This document shows positions 1 to 9,109 of a stretch of DNA of 64,000 nucleotides, piece after piece; position 1 is the first letter of the stretch; each line of letters opens with the position of its first letter. Under the pieces are notes generated by a model. It worked only from the letters and a program-made list of their open reading frames with translations. It made no database searches and had not been told where the DNA came from. Source of the DNA: Ignavibacteriales bacterium (GTDB lineage: Bacteria; Bacillota; Sulfobacillia; JABLXB01); contig JBLNBR010000033.1 in NCBI GenBank assembly GCA_050260105.1, positions 106,099 through 170,098 on the forward strand, given 5' to 3'. Both the position numbers and the translations under genes were made by a program.

Positions 1-1
1 G

Positions 2-22
2 ACGATGTTCAGGCTGTATTGA
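2..22 (+). CDS. spoIIIAC: 3' end of stage III sporulation protein AC (partial)
   Basis: Reads T-M-F-R-L-Y-stop directly upstream of spoIIIAD; resembles the SpoIIIAC C-terminus; mainly positional. Confidence 0.5.
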   Translation, partial: TMFRLY

Positions 23-66
23 CGGGCATGCCCGGGCCGGCCGGCGGGCGTCGGGGGGATCGCGGC

Positions 67-453
67 GTGGATATGGTGAGGATCCTCGGGTTCGCACTGG
101 TGTCGGTGATGCTCCTCGCGGTGCTGAGGGCGCAGCGGCCGGACATCGCCGTGGGCCTCAGCATCGTGGCCGCCGCCTCGATCTTTCTGCTCCTCGTCGG
201 GAAAGTGGGCGAGGTGTTGGGAGTAATACGAGAACTGGCGTCGAGGGCCGGCATAAGCGAGGTTTACTTGTCCAGTGTGCTGCGGATAGTCGGCATAGCG
301 TACATCGCCCAGTTCGGCGCCGAGGTATGCCGGGACGCGGACGAGGCCGCCATTGCCGGGAAAGTGGAACTCGCGGGGAAGGTGTTGATACTCGTCCTCG
401 CGGTGCCCATCATCCAGGGAATCCTGGAAACAGTCGTGAGGATGCTGTCGTGA
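67..453 (+). CDS. spoIIIAD: Stage III sporulation protein AD
   Basis: IVGIAYIAQFGAEVCRDA..AIAGKVELAGKVLIL motif; operon order; GTG start chosen. Confidence 0.93.
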   Translation: MDMVRILGFALVSVMLLAVLRAQRPDIAVGLSIVAAASIFLLLVGKVGEVLGVIRELASRAGISEVYLSSVLRIVGIAYIAQFGAEVCRDADEAAIAGKVELAGKVLILVLAVPIIQGILETVVRMLS

Positions 454-1640
454 GCGCCGGGCGGTTTGCGCTCATCGCGGCGCTCTGCGTGGGGCTTATC
501 GCCTGCCGGGCGAGCGCGCCGGCCCGGGCAACCGCGGAAACGCCGGATGAACCGGGCCCCGGGATCGGGGAGCTCGTTGAGGAGCAGGCGCGGCGGCTGG
601 ACGACGGCGAATTCCAGAGGCTGCTCGATCAGATGTACCGCGACACCGAGGGGTACGCCCCCATGATCTCGTGGAGAGAGGTGGCATCGGGGATCCTCGG
701 CGGCGGCGCGGGCCTGGACCTGCAGGGGATCGCGAGGGGCCTTGGGCGCTATATGTTCAGGGAGATCGTAGCGAGCATGAGGCTCCTCGGCAAGCTCGTG
801 ATCCTCGCGGTCGCGGTGGCGCTCCTTCAGAACCTCGGCGCCTCTCTCGACAGCGGGGGGGTGGCCAATCTTGCAGAGTCGGCATGCTACCTGAGCCTGG
901 TGGTAATGGCGGCGGGGAGCTTCTCTTACAGCGTCGGGGTAGCCAGGGGGATCATCTCCAACATGGTGACGCTCATGAAAGCGCTGCTGCCGACGCTGGT
1001 GGCCCTGGTTGCGGCTTCCGGCGCGCCGGTGAGCGCAAGCCTGCTGCATCCCATCATGATCTCCACGGTGTACGCGGTATCGGTGATCACGTCCGAGTAT
1101 GTCCTAACCCTCCTGATGCTGGCCGCCGTCCTGGAGATCGCCGGTCACGTGGTGAGACCGTTCAGGGTGTCCGGACTTGCCGCTCTCCTGAAACAGGCCA
1201 GTACGCTGGTGTTGGGTCTATCGATGGCGTTCTTCGTGGGGGTAGTCGTGGTGAACAGGGCGGCGGGCGGCGTGGCCGACGGGGTCGCGCTCAGGTCCGC
1301 CAAGTTCCTGAGCGGGACGTTCGTCCCGGTCGTCGGCAAGATGTTCTCGGACGCGGTGGACATGGTCTTTGCGTCGTCTCACCTGCTGAGAACCGCGGTG
1401 GGACTCACGGGCGCGGCGGCCGTCATAGTGACAACCGCGTTCCCGCTGTGTAAGATCGCGTCCCTCGTGGTCGTCTACCGGATTGCGGCCGCCCTCGTGC
1501 AGCCGATGGGCGCTGGCACACTGTCCGAGTGTCTCAACGGGATAGCGGGATCCCTGGCCCTGGTATCCGTGGCCGCCGCGGCGGTGGCGATGATGTTCGT
1601 CATAGGGATCACCGCCCTGGTAGTGGCGGTTCACCCGTGA
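450..1640 (+). CDS. spoIIIAE: Stage III sporulation protein AE
   Basis: Multi-TM protein with LRSAKFLSGTFVPVVGKMFSDA and AAALVQPMG motifs; GTGA overlap with spoIIIAD. Confidence 0.93.
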   Translation: MSAGRFALIAALCVGLIACRASAPARATAETPDEPGPGIGELVEEQARRLDDGEFQRLLDQMYRDTEGYAPMISWREVASGILGGGAGLDLQGIARGLGRYMFREIVASMRLLGKLVILAVAVALLQNLGASLDSGGVANLAESACYLSLVVMAAGSFSYSVGVARGIISNMVTLMKALLPTLVALVAASGAPVSASLLHPIMISTVYAVSVITSEYVLTLLMLAAVLEIAGHVVRPFRVSGLAALLKQASTLVLGLSMAFFVGVVVVNRAAGGVADGVALRSAKFLSGTFVPVVGKMFSDAVDMVFASSHLLRTAVGLTGAAAVIVTTAFPLCKIASLVVVYRIAAALVQPMGAGTLSECLNGIAGSLALVSVAAAAVAMMFVIGITALVVAVHP

Positions 1641-1656
1641 CGGCAAGGTGGTTTGC

Positions 1657-2196
1657 GTGGAGGCTGTCAAGGACTGGATTAGGGGGATAGTCATTTTGAC
1701 GGTCTTCGCGGGGGCGGTTGACATGGCGCTCCCCGAGGGTGACCTCAGGAAATACGCGCGGACCGTGCTCGGGATGTTGATCGTCCTCTGCGTTGTGGCG
1801 CCGCTGGCGGAGATCGTGTCCGGGGACCTGCCGGTGCAGGGGGTCTTTGTTCCGGCGCCCGCGTCATCCGCTGACTTCGACGAGCAGGCGGCCCGCGCAT
1901 TCGAGTGGCAGGCTGAGACGCTGGCCAGGGCGGTGCCCGGCGTCAAATGGGCCAGGGCGGCGGTTGAGATGAAGGACGCGGGCGGATGGGCCTTACCGCG
2001 CCGCGAGGGGGTCGTGGAAGGGGTTACCATTACTGTGTCCGCAGGGAGCGGCGGTGAGGTAGAGGCGGTCGCGCCGGCGGGGGTCGTCCCGGCCCCGGCC
2101 GGGGACGAACGCGAACTGGCGGACGCAGTGCGCGAGGTCGTGGCGGCGAGGTTCGGCATTGCGGGTGATCGCGTTGTCGTCAATGTGGCGAGGTAG
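1657..2196 (+). CDS. spoIIIAF: Stage III sporulation protein AF
   Basis: WIRGIV...LPEGDLRKYARTVLGM N-terminus; operon order. Confidence 0.88.
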   Translation: MEAVKDWIRGIVILTVFAGAVDMALPEGDLRKYARTVLGMLIVLCVVAPLAEIVSGDLPVQGVFVPAPASSADFDEQAARAFEWQAETLARAVPGVKWARAAVEMKDAGGWALPRREGVVEGVTITVSAGSGGEVEAVAPAGVVPAPAGDERELADAVREVVAARFGIAGDRVVVNVAR

Positions 2197-2218
2197 AAGG
2201 GCCTGGTGGGGTGGTACC

Positions 2219-2824
2219 TTGGAACGTGACGTTCGCTTCTGGACCCTGGGCTTGCGCGGGGTGAGACTGAAGAACGGCCTGATGCTGGTGGCAATGGCCG
2301 CTCTCGGAATCATCCTGCTGGTGATGAGTTCGTTCGTGGGGGGAAGGGGAGGCGGCGCGACCGGGGCCGTCCGGCCGGAGGTCGCGCCTTCCCCCGGCGG
2401 CGAGGACACGCTTTCGAGACTCGAGAGGGATCTGGCGGCCGAAACCGCGACTGTCCTCGGACAGGTGCGGGGGGCGGGCAGGGTCACAGTGTCGGTGAGG
2501 CTCCGGGCGGGACCGGGAGTCAGCTATGTGGATAACCGGACGGTCTCGCGCAGGAAAACCGAGGAGAAGGACACAGCCGGCGGAACCCGGGCGATCACGG
2601 AGGAAAACGAGAGCATTCAGGCGGTCATGGCCCGCAGGCCGCAGGGGAGTGAGGAGGCCCCTGTAATAGCGAGAGTGGAGAGGGCACCGGTGGACGGGGT
2701 CGTCGTCGTTGCCGAGGGGGCCTCGGATTCCGTGGTGAGACAGCGACTATTCGAGGCCGTTCAGGTGATGTTGGGGGTTCCCGCACACAGGGTATCAGTA
2801 CTTCCCATGAAGGCAGGTGAGTGA
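2219..2824 (+). CDS. spoIIIAG: Stage III sporulation protein AG
   Basis: GAGRVTV, EKDTAGGTR, GVVVVAEGA, VPAHRVSVLPM motifs. Confidence 0.9.
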   Translation: MERDVRFWTLGLRGVRLKNGLMLVAMAALGIILLVMSSFVGGRGGGATGAVRPEVAPSPGGEDTLSRLERDLAAETATVLGQVRGAGRVTVSVRLRAGPGVSYVDNRTVSRRKTEEKDTAGGTRAITEENESIQAVMARRPQGSEEAPVIARVERAPVDGVVVVAEGASDSVVRQRLFEAVQVMLGVPAHRVSVLPMKAGE

Positions 2825-3348
2825 GGGTGTTCAAAATGAACGCGAGGGGCCGCAAGGTGACCAGATTCGTCGCGTTCGCGGTCATTGTGGTCGCCGTGGT
2901 GTGGTACGTGTCTCTGAAAAGGGTGGACATCGAGCAGCGCAATTTGGGACAGCCGGTCAACAAGGAGGCCGCGGTCAAGACCGCGGCGCCAACCGACTAC
3001 AAGGACTTCTACGCGGACTACAGGCTGACCAGGGATCGCAGCCGCAGCCAGCAGTTCGATCTCTACAGAGAGATAATGAACAACGCAAACGTCGAAGCCG
3101 TCGCGAGAAAGGAGGCCAACCAGACGTTTCTCAAACTGACCCAGTACATTGGGAAAGAGGCCGAACTGGAGAACCTGATCAAGGCCAAGGGGTTCGAGGA
3201 CGTCATAGTGTGCCTCTATGACAACAACGCCGTGGTGCTGGTCAAGACCAAGGAGCTGTCGCAGGCGGACGCGGCCAAGATCGCGGATATCGTGAGCCGC
3301 GGGGCTAACCTCAAGCCCGAGAACATAACGCTGGTTCCGAAGACCTAG
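2821..3348 (+). CDS. spoIIIAH: Stage III sporulation protein AH
   Basis: FYADYRLTRDRSRS and ELENLIKAKGFEDVIV motifs; last gene of spoIIIA operon. Confidence 0.9.
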   Translation: MRVFKMNARGRKVTRFVAFAVIVVAVVWYVSLKRVDIEQRNLGQPVNKEAAVKTAAPTDYKDFYADYRLTRDRSRSQQFDLYREIMNNANVEAVARKEANQTFLKLTQYIGKEAELENLIKAKGFEDVIVCLYDNNAVVLVKTKELSQADAAKIADIVSRGANLKPENITLVPKT

Positions 3349-3454
3349 GACGGGAAACGGAGGCCCGTGGGAGACACGCCGGGGCCCGTGGGCGCCGTGC
3401 GGGCAGCGCCCCCGGGTGAAACCCCGGCGTTTTCGTTCGCGGGGGAGGGGCGAA

Positions 3455-3479
3455 AGGAATAGTCTTCCAGAGGGAGAAC
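3455..3479 (+). promoter_or_regulatory. Putative sigmaH-type promoter upstream of asp23
   Basis: AGGA-N17-GAAC. Confidence 0.4.
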
Positions 3480-3512
3480 TAGTGAGTTGCCGGACGGGCG
3501 GCGGGTGGTTTG

Positions 3513-3541
3513 TTGTAACCCTCTGGTTTCTCCGCTATAAT
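3513..3541 (+). promoter_or_regulatory. Putative sigmaA promoter of asp23-amaP-nusB
   Basis: TTGTAA-N17-TATAAT. Confidence 0.65.
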
Positions 3542-3590
3542 AAGGATTATTCCAGGCTGGAGCCTGGTCCGGCGCCGGGAGGTGGACCCC

Positions 3591-3989
3591 ATGGATAAGC
3601 CGTCGATCGCGGAAGGGAGTGGCGCCGAGGCTGCCGGCAGTATCCGGATATCCGATGATGTGGTGGCTGTGATCGCCGGCATGTCGTGCACCGAGGTCGA
3701 GGGTGTCGCGGGGATGTCGGGCGGCTTGGTTGGTGACATAACAGAGATTCTGGGTAAGAAGAACTTCTCCAAGGGCGTCAAGGTGGAAGTCGGGGAGAAG
3801 GAGACCGCCATCGACCTGTTCATCGTGGTCGACTACGGCGCGAAAATCCCCGAAGTAGCTCAGCAGGTGCAGGAAAACGTGAAGACCGCTGTCGAAGTAA
3901 TGACGGGGCTGAAAGTCATACAGGTCAACGTCCACGTCCACGGAGTGGCATTTCGTCCCGGCGGCCAGGATGAGGCGCGGGTGAAGTAG
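3591..3989 (+). CDS. Asp23/Gls24 family envelope stress protein (YqhY-like)
   Basis: GSIRISDDVVAVIAG, KGVKVEVGE, VEVMTGLKVIQVNVHV. Confidence 0.92.
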   Translation: MDKPSIAEGSGAEAAGSIRISDDVVAVIAGMSCTEVEGVAGMSGGLVGDITEILGKKNFSKGVKVEVGEKETAIDLFIVVDYGAKIPEVAQQVQENVKTAVEVMTGLKVIQVNVHVHGVAFRPGGQDEARVK

Positions 3990-4000
3990 GACCAGGAGGG

Positions 4001-4549
4001 ATGGGTGCGGTGAGTCTCTTCGATAGGGTGGTTCTGACCCTATATACGTTCTTTCTGGCCTTGTTCTCCATCTTGATGATCCTCACCTCGCTGGGATGGG
4101 GATACCCGCTGGCGCTCCTGAACGCGAACCTCGAGACGGTCTCCGGGAGATGGGGCACCGGCGTCGTGAGCGCTGTGTTACTGACGGCCAGCCTGAGGCT
4201 GCTGTATCTCGGATTCAGGAAACGCAGGGGAGTACAGACCGTCGTGCACGAGACGGCCATGGGCGAAGTGAGGATCTCGCTGGACGCAGTGGAGGATCTG
4301 GTCCACCGCGTCGGCAGGCAAGTGCAGGGCGTAAGGGAGGTCAGGCCCAGGGTGACGAGCGGGCCGTCCGGTCTCAGGGTTGCGGTCAGATTGGGGGTCA
4401 GTCCCGACGTTTCGATCCCTCAAGTCTCCGACGAGCTGCAAACCGCAATTCAGAACTACGTGAAGAACGTCGTCGGGGTCGGCGTCTCCGGAATCCAGGT
4501 TTTCGTGGAGACGATAACCACTGAGTCGAGGCGTTCCCGGGTTGAGTGA
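4001..4549 (+). CDS. amaP: Alkaline shock response membrane anchor protein AmaP
   Basis: Two N-terminal TMs then GEVRISLDAVE Asp23-like domain; adjacent to asp23. Confidence 0.8.
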   Translation: MGAVSLFDRVVLTLYTFFLALFSILMILTSLGWGYPLALLNANLETVSGRWGTGVVSAVLLTASLRLLYLGFRKRRGVQTVVHETAMGEVRISLDAVEDLVHRVGRQVQGVREVRPRVTSGPSGLRVAVRLGVSPDVSIPQVSDELQTAIQNYVKNVVGVGVSGIQVFVETITTESRRSRVE

Positions 4550-4571
4550 GAGGCGGATTGGAGTGACCCCG

Positions 4572-4799
4572 GTGCGGGATAGTAGTATTTGGGAGGAAAT
4601 CCTGCGCAATCGCGGCAAAGTGCTGGGGGCGGCCGCCGGTCTCATTATCAGCTTGATGATAATGGATTTCGGGTTACTCTGGACGCTGTTCATCGTGATG
4701 TGCACGTACGCGGGGTACCGGATCGGCAAGGTGATGGACGACCACAAGGAAAACATCGTGGAGATCCTCGACCGGTGGCTGCCGCCGGGCAACAGGTAA
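4572..4799 (+). CDS. DUF2273-like small membrane protein
   Basis: NRGKVLG..GLLWTLFI..GYRIG; usual position between amaP and nusB. Confidence 0.8.
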   Translation: MRDSSIWEEILRNRGKVLGAAAGLIISLMIMDFGLLWTLFIVMCTYAGYRIGKVMDDHKENIVEILDRWLPPGNR

Positions 4800-4850
4800 G
4801 GCCCTTACCACCTCGAAAGGTGGTTTTCTGTTGGCCGTGGGGGGATCTCT

Positions 4851-5261
4851 TTGAGGAGGCGGCAGGCAAGGGAACTGGCTCTGAAGGTGCTTTTCCAGGT
4901 GGACGTGGCTGGGGCGGACCCTGACGAGGCCATGTCCTTTCTACTGTGGGAAGAGAAGGCCACTGAAGGGGCGTTACGCTTCGCCACGGAAATCGTGAGG
5001 GGAACCATGGAGCACCGGGAGGAGATAGACGCAAGGCTGGCGGCCGTGTCTCGTGAATGGACGCTCGAGAGAATGGCGAACATCGACAGGAATGTGCTGC
5101 GCCTGGGATGCTTCGAGCTCATGTTCAGGGATGACATACCTGCCAGCGTGGCAATCAGCGAGGCTATAGAGCTGGCCAAGAAGTATGGCGACGCCGAATC
5201 CGGAAAATTCGTAAACGGGATACTTGGCAAGATCGTTCAGGATCTGGATACTAGACAATAG
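4851..5261 (+). CDS. nusB: Transcription antitermination factor NusB
   Basis: RRQARELAL, DRNVLRLG, EAIELAKKYG, FVNGILG. Confidence 0.96.
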   Translation: MRRRQARELALKVLFQVDVAGADPDEAMSFLLWEEKATEGALRFATEIVRGTMEHREEIDARLAAVSREWTLERMANIDRNVLRLGCFELMFRDDIPASVAISEAIELAKKYGDAESGKFVNGILGKIVQDLDTRQ

Positions 5262-5320
5262 GAGTGAGTTCATAGGCTTGGCTCCATTGTTGTGGGAGAG
5301 GTCACGGGGAGGTCTATTCA

Positions 5321-6169
5321 GTGTACAGGATCCTTGAGAAGCGGGTTCTGAGTCCGGTGACGAAGAAGTTCGTGCTTTCGGCGCCGCTGATCGCCAAGAA
5401 GGCGGAGCCGGGGCAGTTCGTCATCGTGAGGAACGGGGAGACGGGAGAGAGGATACCGCTGACGATAGCGGACTTCGATCGCGAGAAAGGCACCGTAACG
5501 ATTGTGTTCCAGGAGGTCGGCAAGACCACGAGGGAACTGGGCACGCTCGAGGCGGGCGATTCCGTCACGGATGTGGTCGGTCCCCTGGGGGTCGCGGCGG
5601 AACTGCCCGCGTCCGGGTGCGTGGCGTGCGTGGCAGGCGGTGTGGGGGTCGCCCCGATGTACCCCAAGGCTAAGGCCATGCATGAGAAGGGCGTCAGGGT
5701 GGTGTCGGTGGTGGGGGCGAGGTCTCAGGACCTGATCATCATGGAAGAAGAGATGAAAGCGGTCTCGAGCGAACTCCACATCTGCACCGACGACGGATCG
5801 AGGGGTTTCCACGGTTTCGTGAGCGACAGGCTGAAGGAGCTCATTGAGCAGGGAGCGACATTCGACGAGGTAGTGGCCATAGGACCGCTGCCGATGATGA
5901 GAGCGACGGTGGAAGTGACGAGGCCGCTCGGGTTGAAGACCTGGGTGAGCCTGAATCCCATAATGGTCGACGGCACCGGGATGTGCGGGGCGTGCCGGGT
6001 GACGGTGGGCGGAGAAACGAAGTTCTGCTGCGTTGACGGGCCGATGTTCGATGGTCACCAGGTGGACTTCAAAGAGGCGATGAGAAGGAGTCAGATGTAC
6101 AGCGACGAGGAGAAGCGGGCCCTGGAAGTCCACGCCGGAGGATGCCGCTGCCATGGAGGTGACCGCTGA
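5321..6169 (+). CDS. nfnA: Electron-bifurcating transhydrogenase small subunit (NfnA/SudB family)
   Basis: ERIPLTIAD, GGVGVAP, DGTGMCGACRV...CVDGP [2Fe-2S] motif. Confidence 0.88.
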   Translation: MYRILEKRVLSPVTKKFVLSAPLIAKKAEPGQFVIVRNGETGERIPLTIADFDREKGTVTIVFQEVGKTTRELGTLEAGDSVTDVVGPLGVAAELPASGCVACVAGGVGVAPMYPKAKAMHEKGVRVVSVVGARSQDLIIMEEEMKAVSSELHICTDDGSRGFHGFVSDRLKELIEQGATFDEVVAIGPLPMMRATVEVTRPLGLKTWVSLNPIMVDGTGMCGACRVTVGGETKFCCVDGPMFDGHQVDFKEAMRRSQMYSDEEKRALEVHAGGCRCHGGDR

Positions 6170-7560
6170 TGGCCGTCCCACGCACTGCTATGCCGGTCCA
6201 GGACCCAAAGGCCCGGATCAGTAACTTCAACGAGGTCGCGCAGGGGTACACCGAGGAGATGGCCGTCGCGGAGGCGGGCAGGTGCCTGAACTGTAAGAAA
6301 CCCCTATGCATCCAGGGGTGCCCTGTGCTCGTCAAGATCCCCGACTTCATATCGAGGATCAAGGAAAGGGATTTCACAGGGGCCATCCAGGCGATCAAGA
6401 GCACGAACAGCCTCCCGGCGATATGCGGCCGCGTCTGCCCCCAGGAGGAGCAGTGCGAGAAGTACTGCATCCTGGGCAAGAAGGGCGAACCGGTGGCGAT
6501 AGGACGCCTCGAGCGGTTTGCGGCTGACTGGGAGATGTCGCGCGGCGTCGAGAAGCCGGCCATCCCGCCGTGGAACGGCAAGAAGGTCGCAGTCGTGGGG
6601 TCGGGTCCAGCGGGTCTCACCTGCGCGGGCGACCTCGCGAAACTCGGGTACAAAGTGACGGTGTTCGAGGCGTTGCACGCGCCCGGCGGGGTAACGATAT
6701 ATGGCATCCCCGAATTCAGGCTCCCGAAGCGCGTCGTGAACGCCGAGGTCGAGTACGTGAAGAACCTCGGAGTCGAACTCATCACGGACGTCATCGTGGG
6801 CAGGGCGATCACCATTGACGAGCTGATGGACGGCGGGTACTCCGCGGTATTCCTCGGCACCGGCGCGGGGCTTCCGAAGTTCATGGGGATCCCGGGCGAG
6901 AACCTGAACGGTGTCTATTCCGCCAACGAGTGGCTGACCAGGACCAACCTGATGAAGGCGTACATGTTCCCTGAGTACGACACACCGCTCAAAGTCGGGC
7001 GCAGGGTGGCCGTCGTGGGCGGCGGCAACGTGGCGATGGATGCCGTGAGGTGCGCGCTGAGGCTCGGCGCGGAAGAAGCTCACATCGTATATCGCCGGAG
7101 CGAGAAAGAGATGCCGGCCAGGCTGGAGGAATTGCACCACGCCAAGGAAGAGGGCGTCATATTCCACCTCCTGACCAACCCGGTAAGGGTGATCGGGAAC
7201 GAGAAGGGCTGGGTCGCAGGCATCGAATGCGTGAGGATGGAACTCGGGGAGCCCGACTCTTCCGGCCGGAGGAGGCCGGTCGAGGTCAAGGGGTCCAACT
7301 TCGTCATCGACGTCGACACCGTCGTGATGGCGCTGGGGACGACCCCCAACCCCGTTCTCTCGAGGTCGACGGAGGGTCTCAAGACCCATGACTGGGGCGG
7401 TCTCATCGCGGAGGAGGAAACCGGCGCGACCACGAAGCCCGGCGTATACGCGGGCGGCGACGCCGTGACCGGGTCCGCGACAGTCATCCTGGCGATGGGC
7501 GCCGGGAAGAAGGCCGCGGCGGCGATTCACGAATACATTCAGGGGAAGGCGGCCCGGTGA
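6169..7560 (+). CDS. nfnB: NfnB/SudA (GltD-like) large subunit
   Basis: RCLNCKKPLCIQGCP, ICGRVCPQEEQCE, GSGPAG and GGGNVAMD motifs; coupled to nfnA. Confidence 0.88.
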   Translation: MAVPRTAMPVQDPKARISNFNEVAQGYTEEMAVAEAGRCLNCKKPLCIQGCPVLVKIPDFISRIKERDFTGAIQAIKSTNSLPAICGRVCPQEEQCEKYCILGKKGEPVAIGRLERFAADWEMSRGVEKPAIPPWNGKKVAVVGSGPAGLTCAGDLAKLGYKVTVFEALHAPGGVTIYGIPEFRLPKRVVNAEVEYVKNLGVELITDVIVGRAITIDELMDGGYSAVFLGTGAGLPKFMGIPGENLNGVYSANEWLTRTNLMKAYMFPEYDTPLKVGRRVAVVGGGNVAMDAVRCALRLGAEEAHIVYRRSEKEMPARLEELHHAKEEGVIFHLLTNPVRVIGNEKGWVAGIECVRMELGEPDSSGRRRPVEVKGSNFVIDVDTVVMALGTTPNPVLSRSTEGLKTHDWGGLIAEEETGATTKPGVYAGGDAVTGSATVILAMGAGKKAAAAIHEYIQGKAAR

Positions 7561-7604
7561 CCATTATGATGCTCAAGAACAACAACATGGAGGCTGCGAA
7601 GTAG
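7551..7604 (+). pseudogene. folD: C-terminal remnant of folD (17 codons)
   Basis: Reads GPVTIMMLKNNNMEAAK-stop, matching the FolD C-terminal GPMTIAML..N..EAAK pattern, at the usual folD position just before xseA. Confidence 0.6.
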
Positions 7605-8849
7605 GTGCGGGCTTCATCTAGAGCGAGTCTGCTGTGGCCGGGCATCGACGTGCTCAGCGTCACGGAGCTCACCAGGCACATCAAGAAAATGCTGGACTCG
7701 GACCCCCTATTGAAGGGGGTTCTTGTCAAGGGCGAGATTTCCAATTTCAAACGGCACTCCTCCGGCCACTTGTACTTCACGCTCAAGGACGAATCATCCG
7801 CCGTAAGGTGCGTCATGTTCCGGTCGAGCGCCCAGTCACTCGTCTTCGAACCGCAAAACGGTATGGCGGTGATCGCGGCGGGCTACGTATCCGTGTACGA
7901 ACGCGACGGGCAATACCAGCTGTACGCCGAGTCGCTCCAGCCGGAAGGGATAGGCGCCTACCACCTCGCTTTCGAGCAGTTGAAGAGGAAACTGGATGCC
8001 GAGGGGCTGTTCGACCCGCAACGGAAGCGTCGGCTGCCGCTCCTTCCCAGGCGCGTCGGGATCATAACTTCCGTGCGGGGGGCCGCCATCCGCGACATGA
8101 TTTCGATTACGAAGAGGCGTTTCCCGGGGGTCAGACTCCTCGTCAAGGATGTTCCCGTGCAGGGGGACGACGCCGCCCCCAGGATCGCGACCGCCCTGTC
8201 CCTGATGAATGCGATCGAGGACGTGGACGTGATAATCGTGGGAAGGGGCGGCGGCGCCATCGAGGAGTTGTGGGCGTTCAACGACGAGGGACTGGCCAGG
8301 GCGATAGCCTCGTCCAGGATCCCCGTCGTGTCGGCCGTGGGACACGAGACCGACTTCACCATCGCGGACTTCGTGGCCGACCTCAGGGCCCCGACGCCGT
8401 CCGCGGCCGCCGAGCTGGTCGTCCCCGACGTGAGGGAGTTGAGCCTGCGGATCGAAGACAGGCTGAGAGCCATGAGGCGGGTCGCGCAGAGACGCGTCCA
8501 GCTGGGCAGGGAGCGGCTCAAGGCGGCCTGCGACAGGCCTGTCATGACGCGCCCGCGGCACCTCCTGGACGCGCGCAGGCAGGCCCTTGACGATGCCGTA
8601 CGCGACATGGGCGTCGCGATTAGGTCCAGGCTCGCGGTCGCGACCTCTGCGCGGGGGCTCCTGGCCGGCAGGCTGGACGCGCTCAGCCCGCTCTCGGTCC
8701 TGAAGAGGGGGTTCAGCGTCTGCAGGAGAGACGGCGACGGCAGGATAGTATCCAGCGTTGGCCATGTGGAACCGGGCGATCCGGTGACGGTGACAGTCGC
8801 CGATGGGAGTTTCAGGGCCACGGTCGGTAGAAAGGAGGACCCACGGTGA
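7605..8849 (+). CDS. xseA: Exodeoxyribonuclease VII large subunit
   Basis: GEISNFKRHSSGHLYFTLKD, GRGGG.IEELWAFN, SAVGHETDFT, APTPSAAAE. Confidence 0.96.
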   Translation: MRASSRASLLWPGIDVLSVTELTRHIKKMLDSDPLLKGVLVKGEISNFKRHSSGHLYFTLKDESSAVRCVMFRSSAQSLVFEPQNGMAVIAAGYVSVYERDGQYQLYAESLQPEGIGAYHLAFEQLKRKLDAEGLFDPQRKRRLPLLPRRVGIITSVRGAAIRDMISITKRRFPGVRLLVKDVPVQGDDAAPRIATALSLMNAIEDVDVIIVGRGGGAIEELWAFNDEGLARAIASSRIPVVSAVGHETDFTIADFVADLRAPTPSAAAELVVPDVRELSLRIEDRLRAMRRVAQRRVQLGRERLKAACDRPVMTRPRHLLDARRQALDDAVRDMGVAIRSRLAVATSARGLLAGRLDALSPLSVLKRGFSVCRRDGDGRIVSSVGHVEPGDPVTVTVADGSFRATVGRKEDPR

Positions 8850-9109
8850 ATTCGAGCAATGAAGAGGGCCGGGACCGGCCGGAGGAACTGACCTTCGAAG
8901 AGGGGATGAAGCGGCTGGACGAGATCGTCCGCAGGATGGAAGACACGGAGCTCGGCCTTGACGAATCGCTCCGGTTGTTCGAGGAGGGCGTCAGGCTGTC
9001 GAGGATCTGCTCGAAACGGCTGGACGAGGCCGAGCACAAGATAGAGCAACTGCTCGAGGGAAAAGACGGGAGGCCCTGCGTGGCGCCGGTGGAGGAATCA
9101 CAGGGGTGA
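8846..9109 (+). CDS. xseB: Exodeoxyribonuclease VII small subunit
   Basis: TFEEGMKRLDEIV..LDESLRLFEEG. Confidence 0.95.
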   Translation: MNSSNEEGRDRPEELTFEEGMKRLDEIVRRMEDTELGLDESLRLFEEGVRLSRICSKRLDEAEHKIEQLLEGKDGRPCVAPVEESQG

